DNA of 64,000 nucleotides from Candidatus Deferrimicrobiaceae bacterium (GCA_963792415.1 CAWBVY010000006.1:32001-96000), one strand, 5' to 3'; shown: positions 11,661 through 25,259, counted from the stretch's first letter. The notes: generated by a model not told the origin, from the letters alone. Made by a program: numbers and translations.

Positions 11661-14600
11661 AAAGCTTCGTCCACCTCCACCTCCATTCGGAATACAGCCT
11701 CCTCGACGGTACGATCCAGTTCAAGCCGCTGGTCGAGCGGGCGAGGAAGCTTTCGATGCCCGCCGTCGCCGTCACCGATCACGGCGGGATGATGGGGACG
11801 ATCGCGTTCTACGAGGAGGCGATGAAGGGGGGCGTGAAGCCGATCCTCGGGACGGAGATCTACGTCGCCCCCGGGGCCCGGTCGGAGCGGAAAATCGCCC
11901 CTACGGGCGAATACGCCTACCACCTGATCCTGCTGGCGGAAAACGAGACCGGCTACCGCAACCTCATGATGCTCTCCTCCCTCGCCCACACGGAAGGGTT
12001 CTACTACCGCCCGCGGGTCGACAAGGAGCTGCTTCGGAAATACTCGGGGGGGCTGATCGCCACGTCCGCGTGCCTCCAGGGCGAGATCCCGCTGGCGATG
12101 GGGACCGAGGGCGATGCGAAGGCTCTCGAGGTCCTGGAAGAGTACCGATCGATCTTCACCGACGGGAGATTCTTCCTGGAGATCCAGGACAACGGGCTGC
12201 CCGAGCAGGAGAAGATGAACCCGCTCCTCGTCGCGCTGGCGCGGCGGACGGGGACCCCCCTGGTCGCGACGAACGACTGCCACTATCTCAACCCCGGGGA
12301 CGACAAGCTCCAGGAGATCCTTCTCTGCCTGCAGACGGGGAAGACGATCTCGGATCCGACCCGGATGCGTTTCGGCTCGGACCAGTTCTACGTGAAGACC
12401 GCCGAGGAATTCGAGCGGGCGTTCGGGCACGTCGCCCCCGACGCCCTCGCGAACACGCTGGAGGTGGCGGAACGGTGCAACGTGAAGATCGAGCTCGGGG
12501 TGAACAAGATCCCCGAATTCGCCCTTCCGCCCGGGGTGACCGCGGACGGGAAGCTGCGCGAGATGGCGGCCGCGGGGCTCGAACGGCGGCTCGAGGAGCG
12601 GATGAAGCGCGAGGGGGGGCTTCCGGACGCGCTCGTCGAGGAGTATCGGCGGCGGCTGGCGTACGAGCTCTCCGTCATCGGGAAGACCGGTTTCGCCAGC
12701 TACTTCCTGATCGTCGCCGACTTCATCGGCTGGGCGAAGGACGCGAGCATCCCGGTGGGCCCGGGACGCGGCAGCGCGGCGGGGAGCCTGGTGGCGTTCT
12801 GTCTCCGCATCACCGAGATCGACCCGATCCGGTACAAGCTCCTCTTCGAGCGGTTCCTGAACCCCGAGCGGGTGAGCCTCCCGGACATCGACTGCGACTT
12901 CTGCAAGGACCGGCGCGAGGAGGTGATCGCCTACGTCCAGCGCAAGTACGGGGAGGAGAACGTCGCCCAGCTCATCACGTTCGGGACGTGGAAGCCCCGG
13001 GGCGCCGTCCGCGACGTCGGGCGGGTGCTCGAGATGCCCTACGCCGAGGTCGACCGGATCGCCAAGATGATCCCCGCCGACCTCAAGATGACGGTGGAAA
13101 ACGCGCTGAAGGCCGAACCGCGCTTCGGGGAAATGATCTCCGCGAACCCGAAGATCGCCGACCTCTTCCGCTTCGCGGGGGAGATCGAGGGCCGAAACCG
13201 CCACGCGGGGACCCACGCCTCGGCGGTCGTGATCGCCGACCGGCCGATCACCGAGTATTCCCCCCTCTACCGGCAGGCCACCGGCGAAATCACGACGCAG
13301 TACGGGATGGACCCGACCGCGCGGGTCGGGCTCGTCAAGTTCGACTTCCTCGGCCTGCGCACCCTGACCGCCATCGACGACACGCGAAAACTTCTCAAGG
13401 AACTCCGGGGGATCGAGATCGACCCGGACGCCCTCGAGCTCACCGACGCGGAAACGTACGAAGTGCTGGGTCGCGGGGACACGGTGGGGGTCTTCCAGGC
13501 CGAGAGCGCTGGGTTCACCAAGCTCGTCAAGAACCTCAAGCCCGACCAGTTCAACCACCTGATCGACATGGTCGCCCTGTACCGTCCCGGACCCCTCCAG
13601 AGCGGAATGGCGGACGATTTCGTGGAGCGGCGGCACGGGAGGCGCAAAGCGGAGTTCCTCCATCCCCGTCTTAAGGAGATTCTCGGGGAGACGTACGGCG
13701 TCATGGTCTACCAGGAGCAGGTGATGGAGATCGCCAAGGCGCTGGGCGGGTTCACGCTGGGCGAGGCCGACGTCCTCCGGAAGGCGATGGGGAAGAAGGA
13801 CGACGCCCTGATGGAGCGGCAGAAGTCCCGCTTCCTGGAAGGGGCGAAGGGAAACGGAATCCCCGAGGCCAAGGCGGTCGCGATCTTCGACCTGATGGCG
13901 CAGTTCGGCGGGTACGGCTTCAACAAGTCCCACAGCGCCGCGTACGCGCTGCTGGCGTACCAGACCGCGTACCTCAAGACGCATTACCCCGTCGAATATT
14001 TCAGCGCCCTGATGACCTCGGAGTCCGGGGACACGGACAAGATCATCCGCTACATCGCGTATTGCCGGGAGAAGGGGATCCCGATCCTCCCGCCGGACGT
14101 GAACGAATCGCGGTACGCCTTCTTCCCCTCCGACCGGTCGATCCGCTTCGGCCTTTCCGCGATCAAGGGGCTCGGGGCTTCCGCGATCGACGCCATCCTC
14201 GATGCCCGCAAGGAGAGTCTCTTCCTTTCCGTCCCCGACCTCCTCTCGCGGGTCGACCTGCGGAAAGTGAACAAGCGGGCGGTGGAGAGCCTGATCAAGT
14301 CCGGGGCCCTCGACTCCCTCGACCCGGATCGCGGCAAGGTGGTCGCGGAGCTTCCCGCCCTTCTCGAGGAGGCGCAGGCGGAGGTCCGGAGACTCGAGTC
14401 CGGCCAGTTCGCGCTCTTCGGGGAAGCGTCCGGGGGGAAGCCCGGGAAGCGGGGACGGAAAGCGGAAGCCGCGGCGCCTTCGTGGTCCCGCCGGGAGCGG
14501 CTCACCTTCGAGAAGGAGACGCTGGGGTTCTACATCACCGGCCACCCGATGGACGCGTTCGCGGCGGAGATCGCGCTGTACGCGAACACGACCACCGGGA

Positions 14601-15124
14601 AGCTCCCCGCCTTGAAGCCCGAGACCGAGATCCGGATCGGCGGCCTCGTCACGGGGCTGAAGGAGAAGATGACCCGGCGCGGGGAGAAGATGGCCATCTG
14701 GACGCTGGAGGACCTCGAGGGGACGGTCGAGGTCGTCGTCTTTCCGAAGTCGCTTCCGGAAAACCGGGAAACGCTGGCGAGCCCGGAGCCGGTCTTTCTC
14801 GTCGGGCGGCTCAAGTTCGAGGACCAGGGGATGAAGATCCACGCGGAGGAAGTCTTCCGGATGGAGAACGTACGGGAACGGCTCGCGAAGTCCGTGCACT
14901 TCCATCTCCTGCTGGACCGGATGACCCCCGGGGACGTCGCGGAACTGCGGCAGACGATCCTTCGCAATTCCGGTGAGAAGAAGGGGTTCCTGCACGCGAT
15001 CCGTTCGGGGGAGTTCGACGCGGTGATCGCCCTTCCCGACGGTTGCGGCGTCGCGCCGTCCCTGGAGCTGGCGCGGGAGCTTCGCGGCCGGTTCGGCTAC
15101 GACGTCCTGCGTCTCCACGGATGA
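11657..15124 (+). CDS. dnaE: DNA polymerase III alpha subunit
   Basis: [16 protein letters not shown] domain, [31 protein letters not shown] fold. Confidence 0.97.
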   Translation: MKSFVHLHLHSEYSLLDGTIQFKPLVERARKLSMPAVAVTDHGGMMGTIAFYEEAMKGGVKPILGTEIYVAPGARSERKIAPTGEYAYHLILLAENETGYRNLMMLSSLAHTEGFYYRPRVDKELLRKYSGGLIATSACLQGEIPLAMGTEGDAKALEVLEEYRSIFTDGRFFLEIQDNGLPEQEKMNPLLVALARRTGTPLVATNDCHYLNPGDDKLQEILLCLQTGKTISDPTRMRFGSDQFYVKTAEEFERAFGHVAPDALANTLEVAERCNVKIELGVNKIPEFALPPGVTADGKLREMAAAGLERRLEERMKREGGLPDALVEEYRRRLAYELSVIGKTGFASYFLIVADFIGWAKDASIPVGPGRGSAAGSLVAFCLRITEIDPIRYKLLFERFLNPERVSLPDIDCDFCKDRREEVIAYVQRKYGEENVAQLITFGTWKPRGAVRDVGRVLEMPYAEVDRIAKMIPADLKMTVENALKAEPRFGEMISANPKIADLFRFAGEIEGRNRHAGTHASAVVIADRPITEYSPLYRQATGEITTQYGMDPTARVGLVKFDFLGLRTLTAIDDTRKLLKELRGIEIDPDALELTDAETYEVLGRGDTVGVFQAESAGFTKLVKNLKPDQFNHLIDMVALYRPGPLQSGMADDFVERRHGRRKAEFLHPRLKEILGETYGVMVYQEQVMEIAKALGGFTLGEADVLRKAMGKKDDALMERQKSRFLEGAKGNGIPEAKAVAIFDLMAQFGGYGFNKSHSAAYALLAYQTAYLKTHYPVEYFSALMTSESGDTDKIIRYIAYCREKGIPILPPDVNESRYAFFPSDRSIRFGLSAIKGLGASAIDAILDARKESLFLSVPDLLSRVDLRKVNKRAVESLIKSGALDSLDPDRGKVVAELPALLEEAQAEVRRLESGQFALFGEASGGKPGKRGRKAEAAAPSWSRRERLTFEKETLGFYITGHPMDAFAAEIALYANTTTGKLPALKPETEIRIGGLVTGLKEKMTRRGEKMAIWTLEDLEGTVEVVVFPKSLPENRETLASPEPVFLVGRLKFEDQGMKIHAEEVFRMENVRERLAKSVHFHLLLDRMTPGDVAELRQTILRNSGEKKGFLHAIRSGEFDAVIALPDGCGVAPSLELARELRGRFGYDVLRLHG

Positions 15125-16245
15125 TCCCGGAATCCCGCGACGAGCGCGCCCTCCTCGTCTACGCGCACCGGAAGCGGGCCCGCGGACCGGCGGCGGTGCT
15201 CCACGTCGCCGAGGTGATGGACGAGCTGAAGGACCTCGTCCTCGCGGCGGGTGCGAAGGTGGTGGCCTCCCGCGTGCAAAGCGTCGACTCCGAGAATCCG
15301 GCCACGGTCGTGGGGAAGGGGACCATCGTCCGCCTGAAGGAGGAGATCGAAACGCTGGGCGCGAACCTGGTGGTCTTCCAGAACCTGCTCAAACCGAAGC
15401 AGCAGGCGCTTCTCGAGGAGGAACTCGACGTGAAGACCCTCGACCGCCGCGAGGTCATCCTCGACATCTTCGCCCGGCGGGCGCGCACCCGGGAGGGGAA
15501 GCTCCAGGTGGAGCTCGCCCAGCTCTCGTTCCGGCTCGGGAGGCTCGCGGGGGGGCGGAAGGAGCTGTCGCGGCTCGGCGGCGGGATCGGGACCCGGGGA
15601 CCGGGAGAGAAGAAGCTCGAGGAGGACCGCCGCCGCATCCGCGCGCAGATCCGGCAGCTCGAGCGGGAGCTGACCACGGTGCGCCGGACGCGTTCGCTCC
15701 ACTACCAGCGGCGCCGGGAGGTCGGGTTCCCCGTGGTCGCGCTCGTCGGGTACACCAACGCCGGGAAATCGACCCTCTTCAACCGGCTGACGGGTGCCGA
15801 CGTCCTCGTCGCGGACCAGCTCTTCGCCACGCTCGACCCCACCGCCCGGAAGTTCCGGCTTCCCGGCGGCAGGGAGGCGATCCTCGTGGACACGGTGGGG
15901 TTCATCCACGACCTTCCGGACGAACTCCGGCAGGCGTTCCTCGCGACGCTCGAGGGGATCGGGGAGGCGGACCTCCTCCTCCACGTCGCGGACGGAAGCT
16001 CCGACGCGGTGGAGAGCAACGTCGGATCGGTGAACGCGATCCTCGGTGAACTGTCGTTTCGCGAGAAGCCGATCGCCCTCCTGATGAACAAGCGCGACCG
16101 TTGCCTCCCCGGGGTGCCGCCGCAGGAAGGGGCCCTGTGGATTTCCGCGAAGTCGGGGGAGGGGATTCCGGAGCTACTGACGCTGATCGAAAGGGAACTA
16201 TGGATTCACCGTCCGCAAGAGAACGTTTCGACGCCGCCCGCCTGA
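15121..16245 (+). CDS. hflX: GTPase HflX
   Basis: EGKLQVELAQL, GTRGPGE, GYTNAGKST, LFATLD, DTVGFI. Confidence 0.95.
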   Translation: MIPESRDERALLVYAHRKRARGPAAVLHVAEVMDELKDLVLAAGAKVVASRVQSVDSENPATVVGKGTIVRLKEEIETLGANLVVFQNLLKPKQQALLEEELDVKTLDRREVILDIFARRARTREGKLQVELAQLSFRLGRLAGGRKELSRLGGGIGTRGPGEKKLEEDRRRIRAQIRQLERELTTVRRTRSLHYQRRREVGFPVVALVGYTNAGKSTLFNRLTGADVLVADQLFATLDPTARKFRLPGGREAILVDTVGFIHDLPDELRQAFLATLEGIGEADLLLHVADGSSDAVESNVGSVNAILGELSFREKPIALLMNKRDRCLPGVPPQEGALWISAKSGEGIPELLTLIERELWIHRPQENVSTPPA

Positions 16246-16802
16246 TCAACATCGCCAACGGGCTGACGGCGGCCAGGATCCTCCTGGTCCCGTACTTCGC
16301 CTACCTGCTGATCTCCGACAGGGAGAAGTCGGCGTTGCTGGTGTTCGCCATCTGCGGGGCGACGGACGCGCTCGACGGCCTGCTCGCCCGCCGGCTGAAG
16401 CAGCGGACGCTGGTCGGGGCGCTCCTCGACCCGATCGCCGACAAGCTGCTGATGGCGACCGCCTTCATCGTCCTCTCCTACGTCCACGTCGTTCCCCTGC
16501 GGCTCACCATCATGGTGATCAGCAGGGACATCATCATTCTCGTGGGGAGCTTCCTCTACCTCCTCCTCTTCGATGCGCGCGACATCCGGGCGACGGGACT
16601 CAGCAAGGCGAACACGGCGGTCCAGATCCTGACGGTCATCTATTTCCTCTCGGTGGCGGCGTTTCCCGGAAAGGCGGTCGCGCTGGGGGCCGGAATGGGG
16701 ACCCTCCCTTTCCGGGCCGTCACGCTGGTCTGCGCGGCCACGACAATCGCCTCCGGGCTCCAGTACCTGTACATCGGCCTCCGGAAGCTCTCCGATGCGT
16801 GA
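16200..16802 (+). CDS. CDP-alcohol phosphatidyltransferase (PgsA-like)
   Basis: TDALDGLLARR...GALLDPIADK motif. Confidence 0.88.
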   Translation: MDSPSARERFDAARLINIANGLTAARILLVPYFAYLLISDREKSALLVFAICGATDALDGLLARRLKQRTLVGALLDPIADKLLMATAFIVLSYVHVVPLRLTIMVISRDIIILVGSFLYLLLFDARDIRATGLSKANTAVQILTVIYFLSVAAFPGKAVALGAGMGTLPFRAVTLVCAATTIASGLQYLYIGLRKLSDA

Positions 16803-18135
16803 GGCCGCCGGGGACGGTTCCCCGGGGAGCGGCGTCCGCGTCGAGGCCGTTACCCCCGGATCCCCCGCGGACCGCGCCGGGATCGCCGCCGGGGACCGGA
16901 TCCTCTCCGTGTCGGGCCGCCCGGTGGAGGACCTCCTCGACCTCCATTTCCTCACTTCGAGGAGCCGGTTCACCCTCGCGTGGCGGGACGCGTCCGGGGC
17001 CGGTCGGAAAAAGGAGTTCCGCCTGCGGGGAGAGACCCCGGGAATCTTCCCGGAGCCGATCCGCGTGCGCCGCTGCCGCAACCGGTGCATCTTCTGCTTC
17101 GTCCACCAGCTTCCGAAGGGGCTTCGGCGCACCCTGTACGTGAAGGACGAGGACGTCCGCCTCTCCTTCCTGCACGGGCAATACGTCACCTTCTCGGATC
17201 TTTCCGGGGAGGAGGAGGCGAAGATCGTCCGGTACCGCCTCTCGCCGCTCTACGTGTCGATCCACACGACCGACCCGGGGCTGCGCGGGAGGATGCTCGG
17301 GAACCCGCGGGTGAACGACGTGATGCGCGTGATGCGGCGACTGATCCGCGCAGGGATCGCCCTTCACGGCCAGATCGTCGTCTGCCCCGGCCTCAACGAC
17401 GGCGCGGAGCTCGCACGAACCCTCCGGGAGCTCTCCGGGCTGCGCCCCGGGCTTCGCTCGGTGGCGGTGGTCCCGGTGGGCCTCACTTCCCATCGGGCCG
17501 GGCTGCCGCCGCTGCGCCCGGTAACCGTGGGCGAGGCGGGGGAGACGCTGGACCTGCTCCGCGCGCTGGCCCGGGAATTCGGGAAAGGGGCGGACGGGGA
17601 GCCGTTCGCCGTCGCCGCGGACGAATATTACCTGAAGGCGGGGCGGGACGTTCCCGGCCGCGCATCGTACGGATCGTTCGCGCAGATCGAAAACGGCGTG
17701 GGACTGGTCCGGCGATTCCTGGACGAGGCGTCCTCCCTGTTCCGGAGGAGACGCTGGCCGGGGAGCGCCGCGGGAGGCACCGTGGTAACGGGACGTTCCG
17801 CATCTTCCCTTGTCGTTGAATTTCTTGAGGAATTCTCCTCCAGGGCGGGGGCGCGGTTCATCCCATTTCCGGTCGTCAACCGCCTGATGGGGGAGAGCGT
17901 CACCGTCACCGGGCTGCTCGGGGGGAACGACATCGCGGAGGCCGTCCGGGGGCGTGTCCACGGGACGCTGTACATCCCCTCGATCACCCTTCGGGACGCG
18001 GGGGACCTGTTCCTCGACGGGCTCTCCCCGTCGGAAATCTCGCGGCGGACCGGCGCGCGGGTCATCCTTTTCGAGCCGACCCCCAGGGGGTTCCTCGACG
18101 CCGTCTACCCACGGAACCGTCCGGAATATCATTGA
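16795..18135 (+). CDS. PDZ + radical-SAM-like DUF512 protein
   Basis: N-terminal PGSPA..AGI..GD (PDZ), CRNRCIFC, KDEDVRLSF, QIENGVG. Confidence 0.85.
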   Translation: MREAAGDGSPGSGVRVEAVTPGSPADRAGIAAGDRILSVSGRPVEDLLDLHFLTSRSRFTLAWRDASGAGRKKEFRLRGETPGIFPEPIRVRRCRNRCIFCFVHQLPKGLRRTLYVKDEDVRLSFLHGQYVTFSDLSGEEEAKIVRYRLSPLYVSIHTTDPGLRGRMLGNPRVNDVMRVMRRLIRAGIALHGQIVVCPGLNDGAELARTLRELSGLRPGLRSVAVVPVGLTSHRAGLPPLRPVTVGEAGETLDLLRALAREFGKGADGEPFAVAADEYYLKAGRDVPGRASYGSFAQIENGVGLVRRFLDEASSLFRRRRWPGSAAGGTVVTGRSASSLVVEFLEEFSSRAGARFIPFPVVNRLMGESVTVTGLLGGNDIAEAVRGRVHGTLYIPSITLRDAGDLFLDGLSPSEISRRTGARVILFEPTPRGFLDAVYPRNRPEYH

Positions 18136-18160
18136 CATTTCCTTCGGCAGCCGGTAAATT
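18132..18160 (+). promoter_or_regulatory. Sigma70-type promoter for tRNA-Val/thrS
   Basis: TTGACA-N17-TAAATT about 22 nt before the tRNA. Confidence 0.6.
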
Positions 18161-18182
18161 CATTGATCCTGATCGGAGGGAT

Positions 18183-18259
18183 GGGCGATTAGCTCAGATG
18201 GTTAGAGTACCTGCTTGACATGCAGGGGGTCACTGGTTCAAGTCCAGTATCGCCCACCA
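18183..18259 (+). tRNA. tRNA-Val(GAC)
   Basis: GGGCGATTAGCTCAG...CCTGC-TTGACAT-GCAGG anticodon arm, GGTTCAAGT T-loop, encoded CCA. Confidence 0.95.
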
Positions 18260-18365
18260 TTTCTCTCCCCCGAACGGCGCGCATCGCGCACGGCACCGCA
18301 ACGTGCCGGCTCGGCGCGGGAATTTGTTTTTTTTTGCCGGAAATCCGCAGGGAGTCTGCGCACGG

Positions 18366-20216
<1,851 letters not shown>

Positions 20217-20227
20217 AGGAGGACGTC

Positions 20228-20851
20228 ATCGCCAAGGAATCGAGAATCAACGAACAGATCCAGGTACCGGAAGTCCGGCTCGTGGGCCCCGATGGGGAGC
20301 AGTTGGGAGTCGTGAGCACGTCGGAGGCGCTCCAGCGCGCGAGGTCCCAGGACCTCGACCTGGTCGAAGTGGCCCCCATGGCCGCGCCCCCGGTCTGCCG
20401 GATCATGGATTTCGGCAAGTTCAAGTACATCACGAGCAAGCGGGAGCAGGAGGCGAGGAAGAAGCAGACCGTGATCCAGGTCAAGGAGATCAAGGTCCGC
20501 CCGAAGACGGAAGAGCACGACCTGAACACGAAGCTGAAACATATCCGCCGCTTCCTCGAGGAGGGCGACAAGGTCAAGGTGACCGTCCGGTTCCGCGGAC
20601 GGGAACTCGCCTACGCCTCGCAGAGCGGCTTCGAGGTCCTGAAGCACATCGTGGAATCGATCGCCGACATCGCGAAGGTCGAATCCGCCCCGAAGATGGA
20701 AGGGAAGACGATGATGGCCATCGTCTCCCCCACGATGCACAAGAAAAAGCCCGTCGCCGTCGCCGAAAAGCCCGCGGCCGCGACACCGGCGGCCCCGAAA
20801 GCCGCGCCGCAAGCGACGACCGCGCCACCGGCGCAGAAACTGGAGGGATAG
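20228..20851 (+). CDS. infC: Translation initiation factor IF-3 (non-canonical ATC start)
   Basis: RINEQI, DLVEVAP..PPVCRIMDFGK, KVKVTVRFRGRE; AAGGAGG 5 nt before an in-frame ATC. Confidence 0.92.
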   Translation: MAKESRINEQIQVPEVRLVGPDGEQLGVVSTSEALQRARSQDLDLVEVAPMAAPPVCRIMDFGKFKYITSKREQEARKKQTVIQVKEIKVRPKTEEHDLNTKLKHIRRFLEEGDKVKVTVRFRGRELAYASQSGFEVLKHIVESIADIAKVESAPKMEGKTMMAIVSPTMHKKKPVAVAEKPAAATPAAPKAAPQATTAPPAQKLEG

Positions 20852-20854
20852 GTC

Positions 20855-21052
20855 ATGCCGAAGATGAAATCGAACCGGGGCGCGAGCAAGCGGTTTCGCG
20901 CCACGGGGGCGGGCGGGATCAAGCGCGCCAAGTCCGGGAAGAGCCACATCCTGACGTCGAAGGACCGGAAGCGGAAGCGCGCGCTGCGCAAGTCGGCCCT
21001 GGTCCACCACACGAACGAAAAGTCGATCCGCCGCCTGCTGCCGTACCTGTAA
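20855..21052 (+). CDS. rpmI: 50S ribosomal protein L35
   Basis: [14 protein letters not shown], 65 aa, lies between infC and rplT. Confidence 0.95.
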   Translation: MPKMKSNRGASKRFRATGAGGIKRAKSGKSHILTSKDRKRKRALRKSALVHHTNEKSIRRLLPYL

Positions 21053-21106
21053 AAGAACCCCGGGAACGCCGGTTAACAGCGAAGAACAAGGTAGAAGGGA
21101 AACGAC

Positions 21107-21463
21107 ATGCCTCGCGTGAAAAGAGCCGTACATTCGCACAAGAAGCGCCGCGCCGTCCTCAAGCTCGCCAAGGGATACCGCGGCGGCCACGGAAACCTGC
21201 TGCGCTCCGCCAAGGAAGCGGTCGCGCGCGCCCTCCGGTACGCCTACCGCGACCGGCGGAACGTCAAGCGGGAGTTCCGGGCCCTCTGGATCGTCCGCGT
21301 GAACGCCGCCGCCCGCGAGCACGGGCTCTCCTACAGCCAGTTCCTGTTCGGGCTGAAAAAGGCGGGCGTCGAGGTCGACCGGAAGATCCTCGCGGACCTC
21401 GCCGTCAACGATCCCGCCGGGTTCCGCGCGATCGCCGAACAGTCCAAAGCCGCCCTGGCGTAA
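21107..21463 (+). CDS. rplT: 50S ribosomal protein L20
   Basis: [28 protein letters not shown]. Confidence 0.97.
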   Translation: MPRVKRAVHSHKKRRAVLKLAKGYRGGHGNLLRSAKEAVARALRYAYRDRRNVKREFRALWIVRVNAAAREHGLSYSQFLFGLKKAGVEVDRKILADLAVNDPAGFRAIAEQSKAALA

Positions 21464-21479
21464 CGGGGAGGTCCTGGGC

Positions 21480-22514
21480 TTGCCCGGCACCTCCGAGCAG
21501 ATCACGCGCCTCCGCGAGGAGGGGATGGCGGCCATCGCGGCCGCCCGCAGCGAGAGCGACCTCCTCGACGCGAAAGGCCGCTTCTTCGGGAAGAAAGGCG
21601 CCGTCTCGGGGATCCTGAAGGGCGTCGCCGGCCTTCCCGTGGAGGAGCGCAAGGCGGTCGGCGAACTGGCGAACCGCGCGCGCGCGGAGCTCGAGTCCGC
21701 GTTCGACGCCCGGCTCGCGGGGATCCGCGACCAGGAGCGGCATCGAAGGGAGGGGCGGGAGCGGATCGACGTCACCCTGCCCGGCAGGGCGCCGATGCCG
21801 GGCCACCGGCATCCCGTCTCGCGGACGATGTCCGACGTCCTCTCCGCCTTCCGTCGCCTCGGCTTCTCCGTCCAGTGCGGACCGGACGTCGAGACGGACT
21901 ACTACAACTTCGAGTCGCTCAACTTCCCCCCGGAGCACCCGGCGCGCGACATGCAGGACACGTTCTACGTCGAATCCGCGGCCGGCGACCTCGTTCTCCG
22001 CACCCATACCTCGCCGGTCCAGATCCGGACGATGGAGCGGACGAAGCCCCCGGTCCGGATCGTCGCGCCCGGCACCGTCTATCGGTCCGACTCCGACATC
22101 ACGCACTCCCCGATGTTCCACCAGGTGGAAGGCCTCGCGGTCGACCGGGACATCACGATGGCCGACCTCAAGGGGCTGCTCACCGAGTTCTGCCGGATGA
22201 CCTTCGGGCCCGCGACGCCGGTCCGGTTCCGCCCGAGCTATTTCCCGTTCACCGAGCCGTCCGCCGAGATGGACATCCAGTGCGTCCTCTGCGGGGGGGC
22301 CGGGTGCCGCGTGTGCAAGGAGTCCGGGTGGCTCGAGATCCTCGGCGCGGGAATGGTCGATCCCTCGGTCTTCGGCTTCGTGGGGTACGACCCGGAGGAG
22401 TACGCCGGCTTCGCGTTCGGCATGGGCATCGAGCGGATCGCCATGCTGCGGCACGGGATCTCGGACATCCGCCTCCTGTTCGAAAACGACCTCCGTTTTC
22501 TCTCGCAGTTCTGA
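21480..22514 (+). CDS. pheS: Phenylalanyl-tRNA synthetase alpha subunit
   Basis: HPARDMQDTFY, LRTHTSPVQIR, FPFTEPS, FAFGMGIER. Confidence 0.97.
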   Translation: MPGTSEQITRLREEGMAAIAAARSESDLLDAKGRFFGKKGAVSGILKGVAGLPVEERKAVGELANRARAELESAFDARLAGIRDQERHRREGRERIDVTLPGRAPMPGHRHPVSRTMSDVLSAFRRLGFSVQCGPDVETDYYNFESLNFPPEHPARDMQDTFYVESAAGDLVLRTHTSPVQIRTMERTKPPVRIVAPGTVYRSDSDITHSPMFHQVEGLAVDRDITMADLKGLLTEFCRMTFGPATPVRFRPSYFPFTEPSAEMDIQCVLCGGAGCRVCKESGWLEILGAGMVDPSVFGFVGYDPEEYAGFAFGMGIERIAMLRHGISDIRLLFENDLRFLSQF

Positions 22515-22541
22515 CGCCGCGCCGGGAAGGAAAGCGTCCGC

Positions 22542-24947
22542 TTGAAGATACCGTATTCGTGGCTGAAGGAGTTCATCGACACGCGCCTCACCCCGGCGGA
22601 GGCGCAGGAAGCGCTCACGATGGCGGGGGTGGAAGTCTCCTCCTGCCGGTTCCTCGGGGAGGGGCTCGATTCGGTCGTCACCGCGCGGATCCTCGAGATG
22701 CGGCCGCACCCGGACGCGGACCGGCTTTCCCTGTGCAAGGTGACCGACGGGTCGACCACGTTCGGGATCGTCTGCGGAGCGAAGAACATGAAGGCCGGGG
22801 ACGCGGTCGCGCTGGCGAAGACCGGCGCGCGGCTTCCCAACGGCGTCGAGATCCGGAAAGCGAAGATCCGCGGCCAGGCGTCCGAGGGGATGCTCTGCTC
22901 GGAGCAGGAGCTGAAGCTCGCCGAGTCGTCCCCGGGGATCCTGATCCTCCCGGAGGATACGGCCCCCGGCAGGCCACTTGCCGACACGCTCGGGCTTTCC
23001 GACTGGCTCCTCGAGGTCGAGATCACGCCGAACCGGGGCGACTGCCTGAGCGTCCTCGGCGTGGCGCGCGAGATCGCCTCCATCACCGGGGAGAAGGTCG
23101 TTCTCCCCGACGTCCCCTTCCCGGAGGAGGGGGAGCCGATCGGGAACCTTCTTCGGGTCGATGTCTCCGACCCGGACCTGTGCCCGCGGTACACCGCCCG
23201 GGCGATCTCCGGCGTGACCATCGCCTCGTCCCCGGACTGGATGCGGCGGCGCCTCGCCCTGTGCGGGATCCGCCCGATCAACAACATCGTCGACATCACG
23301 AACTACCTGCTGCTCGAGGTCGGCCAGCCGATGCACGCCTTCGACCTCGACCGGCTCCGCGGGGCCAGGATCGACGTGCGCGCCCCGAAAGAGCCGCTGA
23401 CCTTCACGACCCTGGACGGGTCGGAGCGGAGGATCGAGGCCGGGACGCTCCTCATCCACGACGGGGAGGGTCCGGTGGCCGTCGCCGGCGTGATGGGCGG
23501 GGCCAACAGCGAGGTCGTCGACGGGACGACGCGCATCGTCTTCGAGAGCGCCCACTTCTCGCCCCCCTCGATCCGCCGGACGGCGAAGCGGCTGGGGCTG
23601 TCGAGCGAATCCTCGTACCGCTTCGAGCGGGGAGTCGACCCGGCGGGAACCGTCTACGCAGCGGACCGGGCGGTGTCGCTCCTTTCCCGTTTCGCCCCCC
23701 TGACCGTCGCCAGGGGGGTGATCGACGTCGGCGTGGGGAACGTGAAGCCGAAAACGGTGCCGTTCCGTCCGGAGCGCGCCACCCGGATCATGGGGAGGGT
23801 GTACGCACCGGAAGCGTGCCGGGAGATCTTCGCGCGCCTCGGGTTCCCGGTCGCGGTCGGCGGGGCGGGAACGTGGACCGTCACGGTCCCCACGCACCGG
23901 TTCGACATCGAGCGGGAGATCGACCTGGTCGAGGAGGTCGCCCGGCTCTCCGGGTACGACTCCATCCCCACGACGTATCCCGAATCGAAGGCCCCGGAAT
24001 TTTCCGCGGACGACCGGTTCGTCGACCTCCAGGAACGGGCCTTCGACTTCCTCCGCGGACGCGGGTTTTCCCAGGCGGTGAACTTCTCCTTCGTCGGCGG
24101 CCGCACCTGGGAGCGGCTGGGGGAGTTCCTCGGGTTCGACCCCGCGGACGCGGTCCGCATCGTGAACCCGATCTCGGACGACACGACCCTGATGCGCCCG
24201 CACCTGCTGACCGGGCTCCTGTCGAACGCGGCGGACAACGTCCGCCGTTTCATCGACGACGTGCGGCTCTACGAGGGGGGAAAGGCGTTCGGGAAATCGC
24301 ACGTCGAGGGGCACTTCGAGGAAGCCCGGCTCGGCGTGGTCCTCTGCGGCAGGCGGCTTCCGGGCGACTGGTCCGGGGACGCCCCCGCGGACTTCTTCGA
24401 CATGAAAGGGGTCGTCGAGCCCCTGCTGCTGCACCTTTGCGCCTCCCCGGTCCACGTCGTCCCCACGCGCCTCCGGCCGTTCTTCGAGGAAGGGAAGGCG
24501 GCGGACATCCTGCGGGACGGCGAGGTCGTCGCCTGGTTCGGGGCGATCCGGAAGGAGCTGCTCGAGGAATACGCCCTCGCGGGGCCCGTCTTCTACGGGG
24601 AGGTCCGCCTGGCGAAGGCGACCGCCGCGCCGCCGCCCCCGGGCCGGTACGCGCCGCTGCCGAAGTTCCCTCCGGTTTTCAGGGACGTGGCGTGCGTGTT
24701 CCCGTCCGCGGTGCCCGCAGGCGACGTTCTCGCGATGGTCCGCGAGGTTTCCCCCGAGGTCGAGGAAGCCCACGTTTTCGACATCTTCACCGGGGAAAAG
24801 ATCGGGGACGGGAACAAAAGCGTCGGGATCCGGGTGAAGCTGCAAGCCCTTGACAGAACCTTGACGGAATCGGAAGTCCATAGTATACATAGCAAAATCG
24901 TAACCTTATTGGAGAATCGGTTCGGCGGCAAGATTCGAACCTCTTGA
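22542..24947 (+). CDS. pheT: Phenylalanyl-tRNA synthetase beta subunit
   Basis: HPDADRL, VCGAKN, TPNRGDCLS, RFERGVD, C-terminal FDX-ACB domain. Confidence 0.97.
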   Translation: MKIPYSWLKEFIDTRLTPAEAQEALTMAGVEVSSCRFLGEGLDSVVTARILEMRPHPDADRLSLCKVTDGSTTFGIVCGAKNMKAGDAVALAKTGARLPNGVEIRKAKIRGQASEGMLCSEQELKLAESSPGILILPEDTAPGRPLADTLGLSDWLLEVEITPNRGDCLSVLGVAREIASITGEKVVLPDVPFPEEGEPIGNLLRVDVSDPDLCPRYTARAISGVTIASSPDWMRRRLALCGIRPINNIVDITNYLLLEVGQPMHAFDLDRLRGARIDVRAPKEPLTFTTLDGSERRIEAGTLLIHDGEGPVAVAGVMGGANSEVVDGTTRIVFESAHFSPPSIRRTAKRLGLSSESSYRFERGVDPAGTVYAADRAVSLLSRFAPLTVARGVIDVGVGNVKPKTVPFRPERATRIMGRVYAPEACREIFARLGFPVAVGGAGTWTVTVPTHRFDIEREIDLVEEVARLSGYDSIPTTYPESKAPEFSADDRFVDLQERAFDFLRGRGFSQAVNFSFVGGRTWERLGEFLGFDPADAVRIVNPISDDTTLMRPHLLTGLLSNAADNVRRFIDDVRLYEGGKAFGKSHVEGHFEEARLGVVLCGRRLPGDWSGDAPADFFDMKGVVEPLLLHLCASPVHVVPTRLRPFFEEGKAADILRDGEVVAWFGAIRKELLEEYALAGPVFYGEVRLAKATAAPPPPGRYAPLPKFPPVFRDVACVFPSAVPAGDVLAMVREVSPEVEEAHVFDIFTGEKIGDGNKSVGIRVKLQALDRTLTESEVHSIHSKIVTLLENRFGGKIRTS

Positions 24948-24965
24948 GAAACCGTAGGAGGCGAC

Positions 24966-25259
24966 ATGACGAAAGCGGACCTGGTCGAGATCGTTTACGA
25001 AAAAATCGGTGGTCTCTCCAAGAAGGAATCGCAGGACATCGTGGAGAAGATCTTCGAGACGATGAAGGCCAGTCTCAAGGCGGGTGACAAGATCAAGATT
25101 TCCGGCTTCGGAAATTTCACCCTGCGCGACAAGCGACCGAGGAAGGGGCGGAATCCCCAGACCGGCGACGACATCGAGATCACTGCGCGCCGCGTGCTGA
25201 CGTTCCGTCCGAGCCAGATCTTGAAGTCCCACATCAACGAACCGCCCAAACCGTCCTGA
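24966..25259 (+). CDS. ihfA: Integration host factor alpha
   Basis: MTKADLV, KISGFGNF, GRNPQTG; follows pheT. Confidence 0.93.
   Translation: MTKADLVEIVYEKIGGLSKKESQDIVEKIFETMKASLKAGDKIKISGFGNFTLRDKRPRKGRNPQTGDDIEITARRVLTFRPSQILKSHINEPPKPS

Noticed and set aside
11477-15118. Long antisense or alternate-frame ORFs (e.g. 1213 aa opposite dnaE, 1161 aa opposite pheST)
   Set aside because: Shadow ORFs expected from high GC3 codon usage; no recognisable motifs
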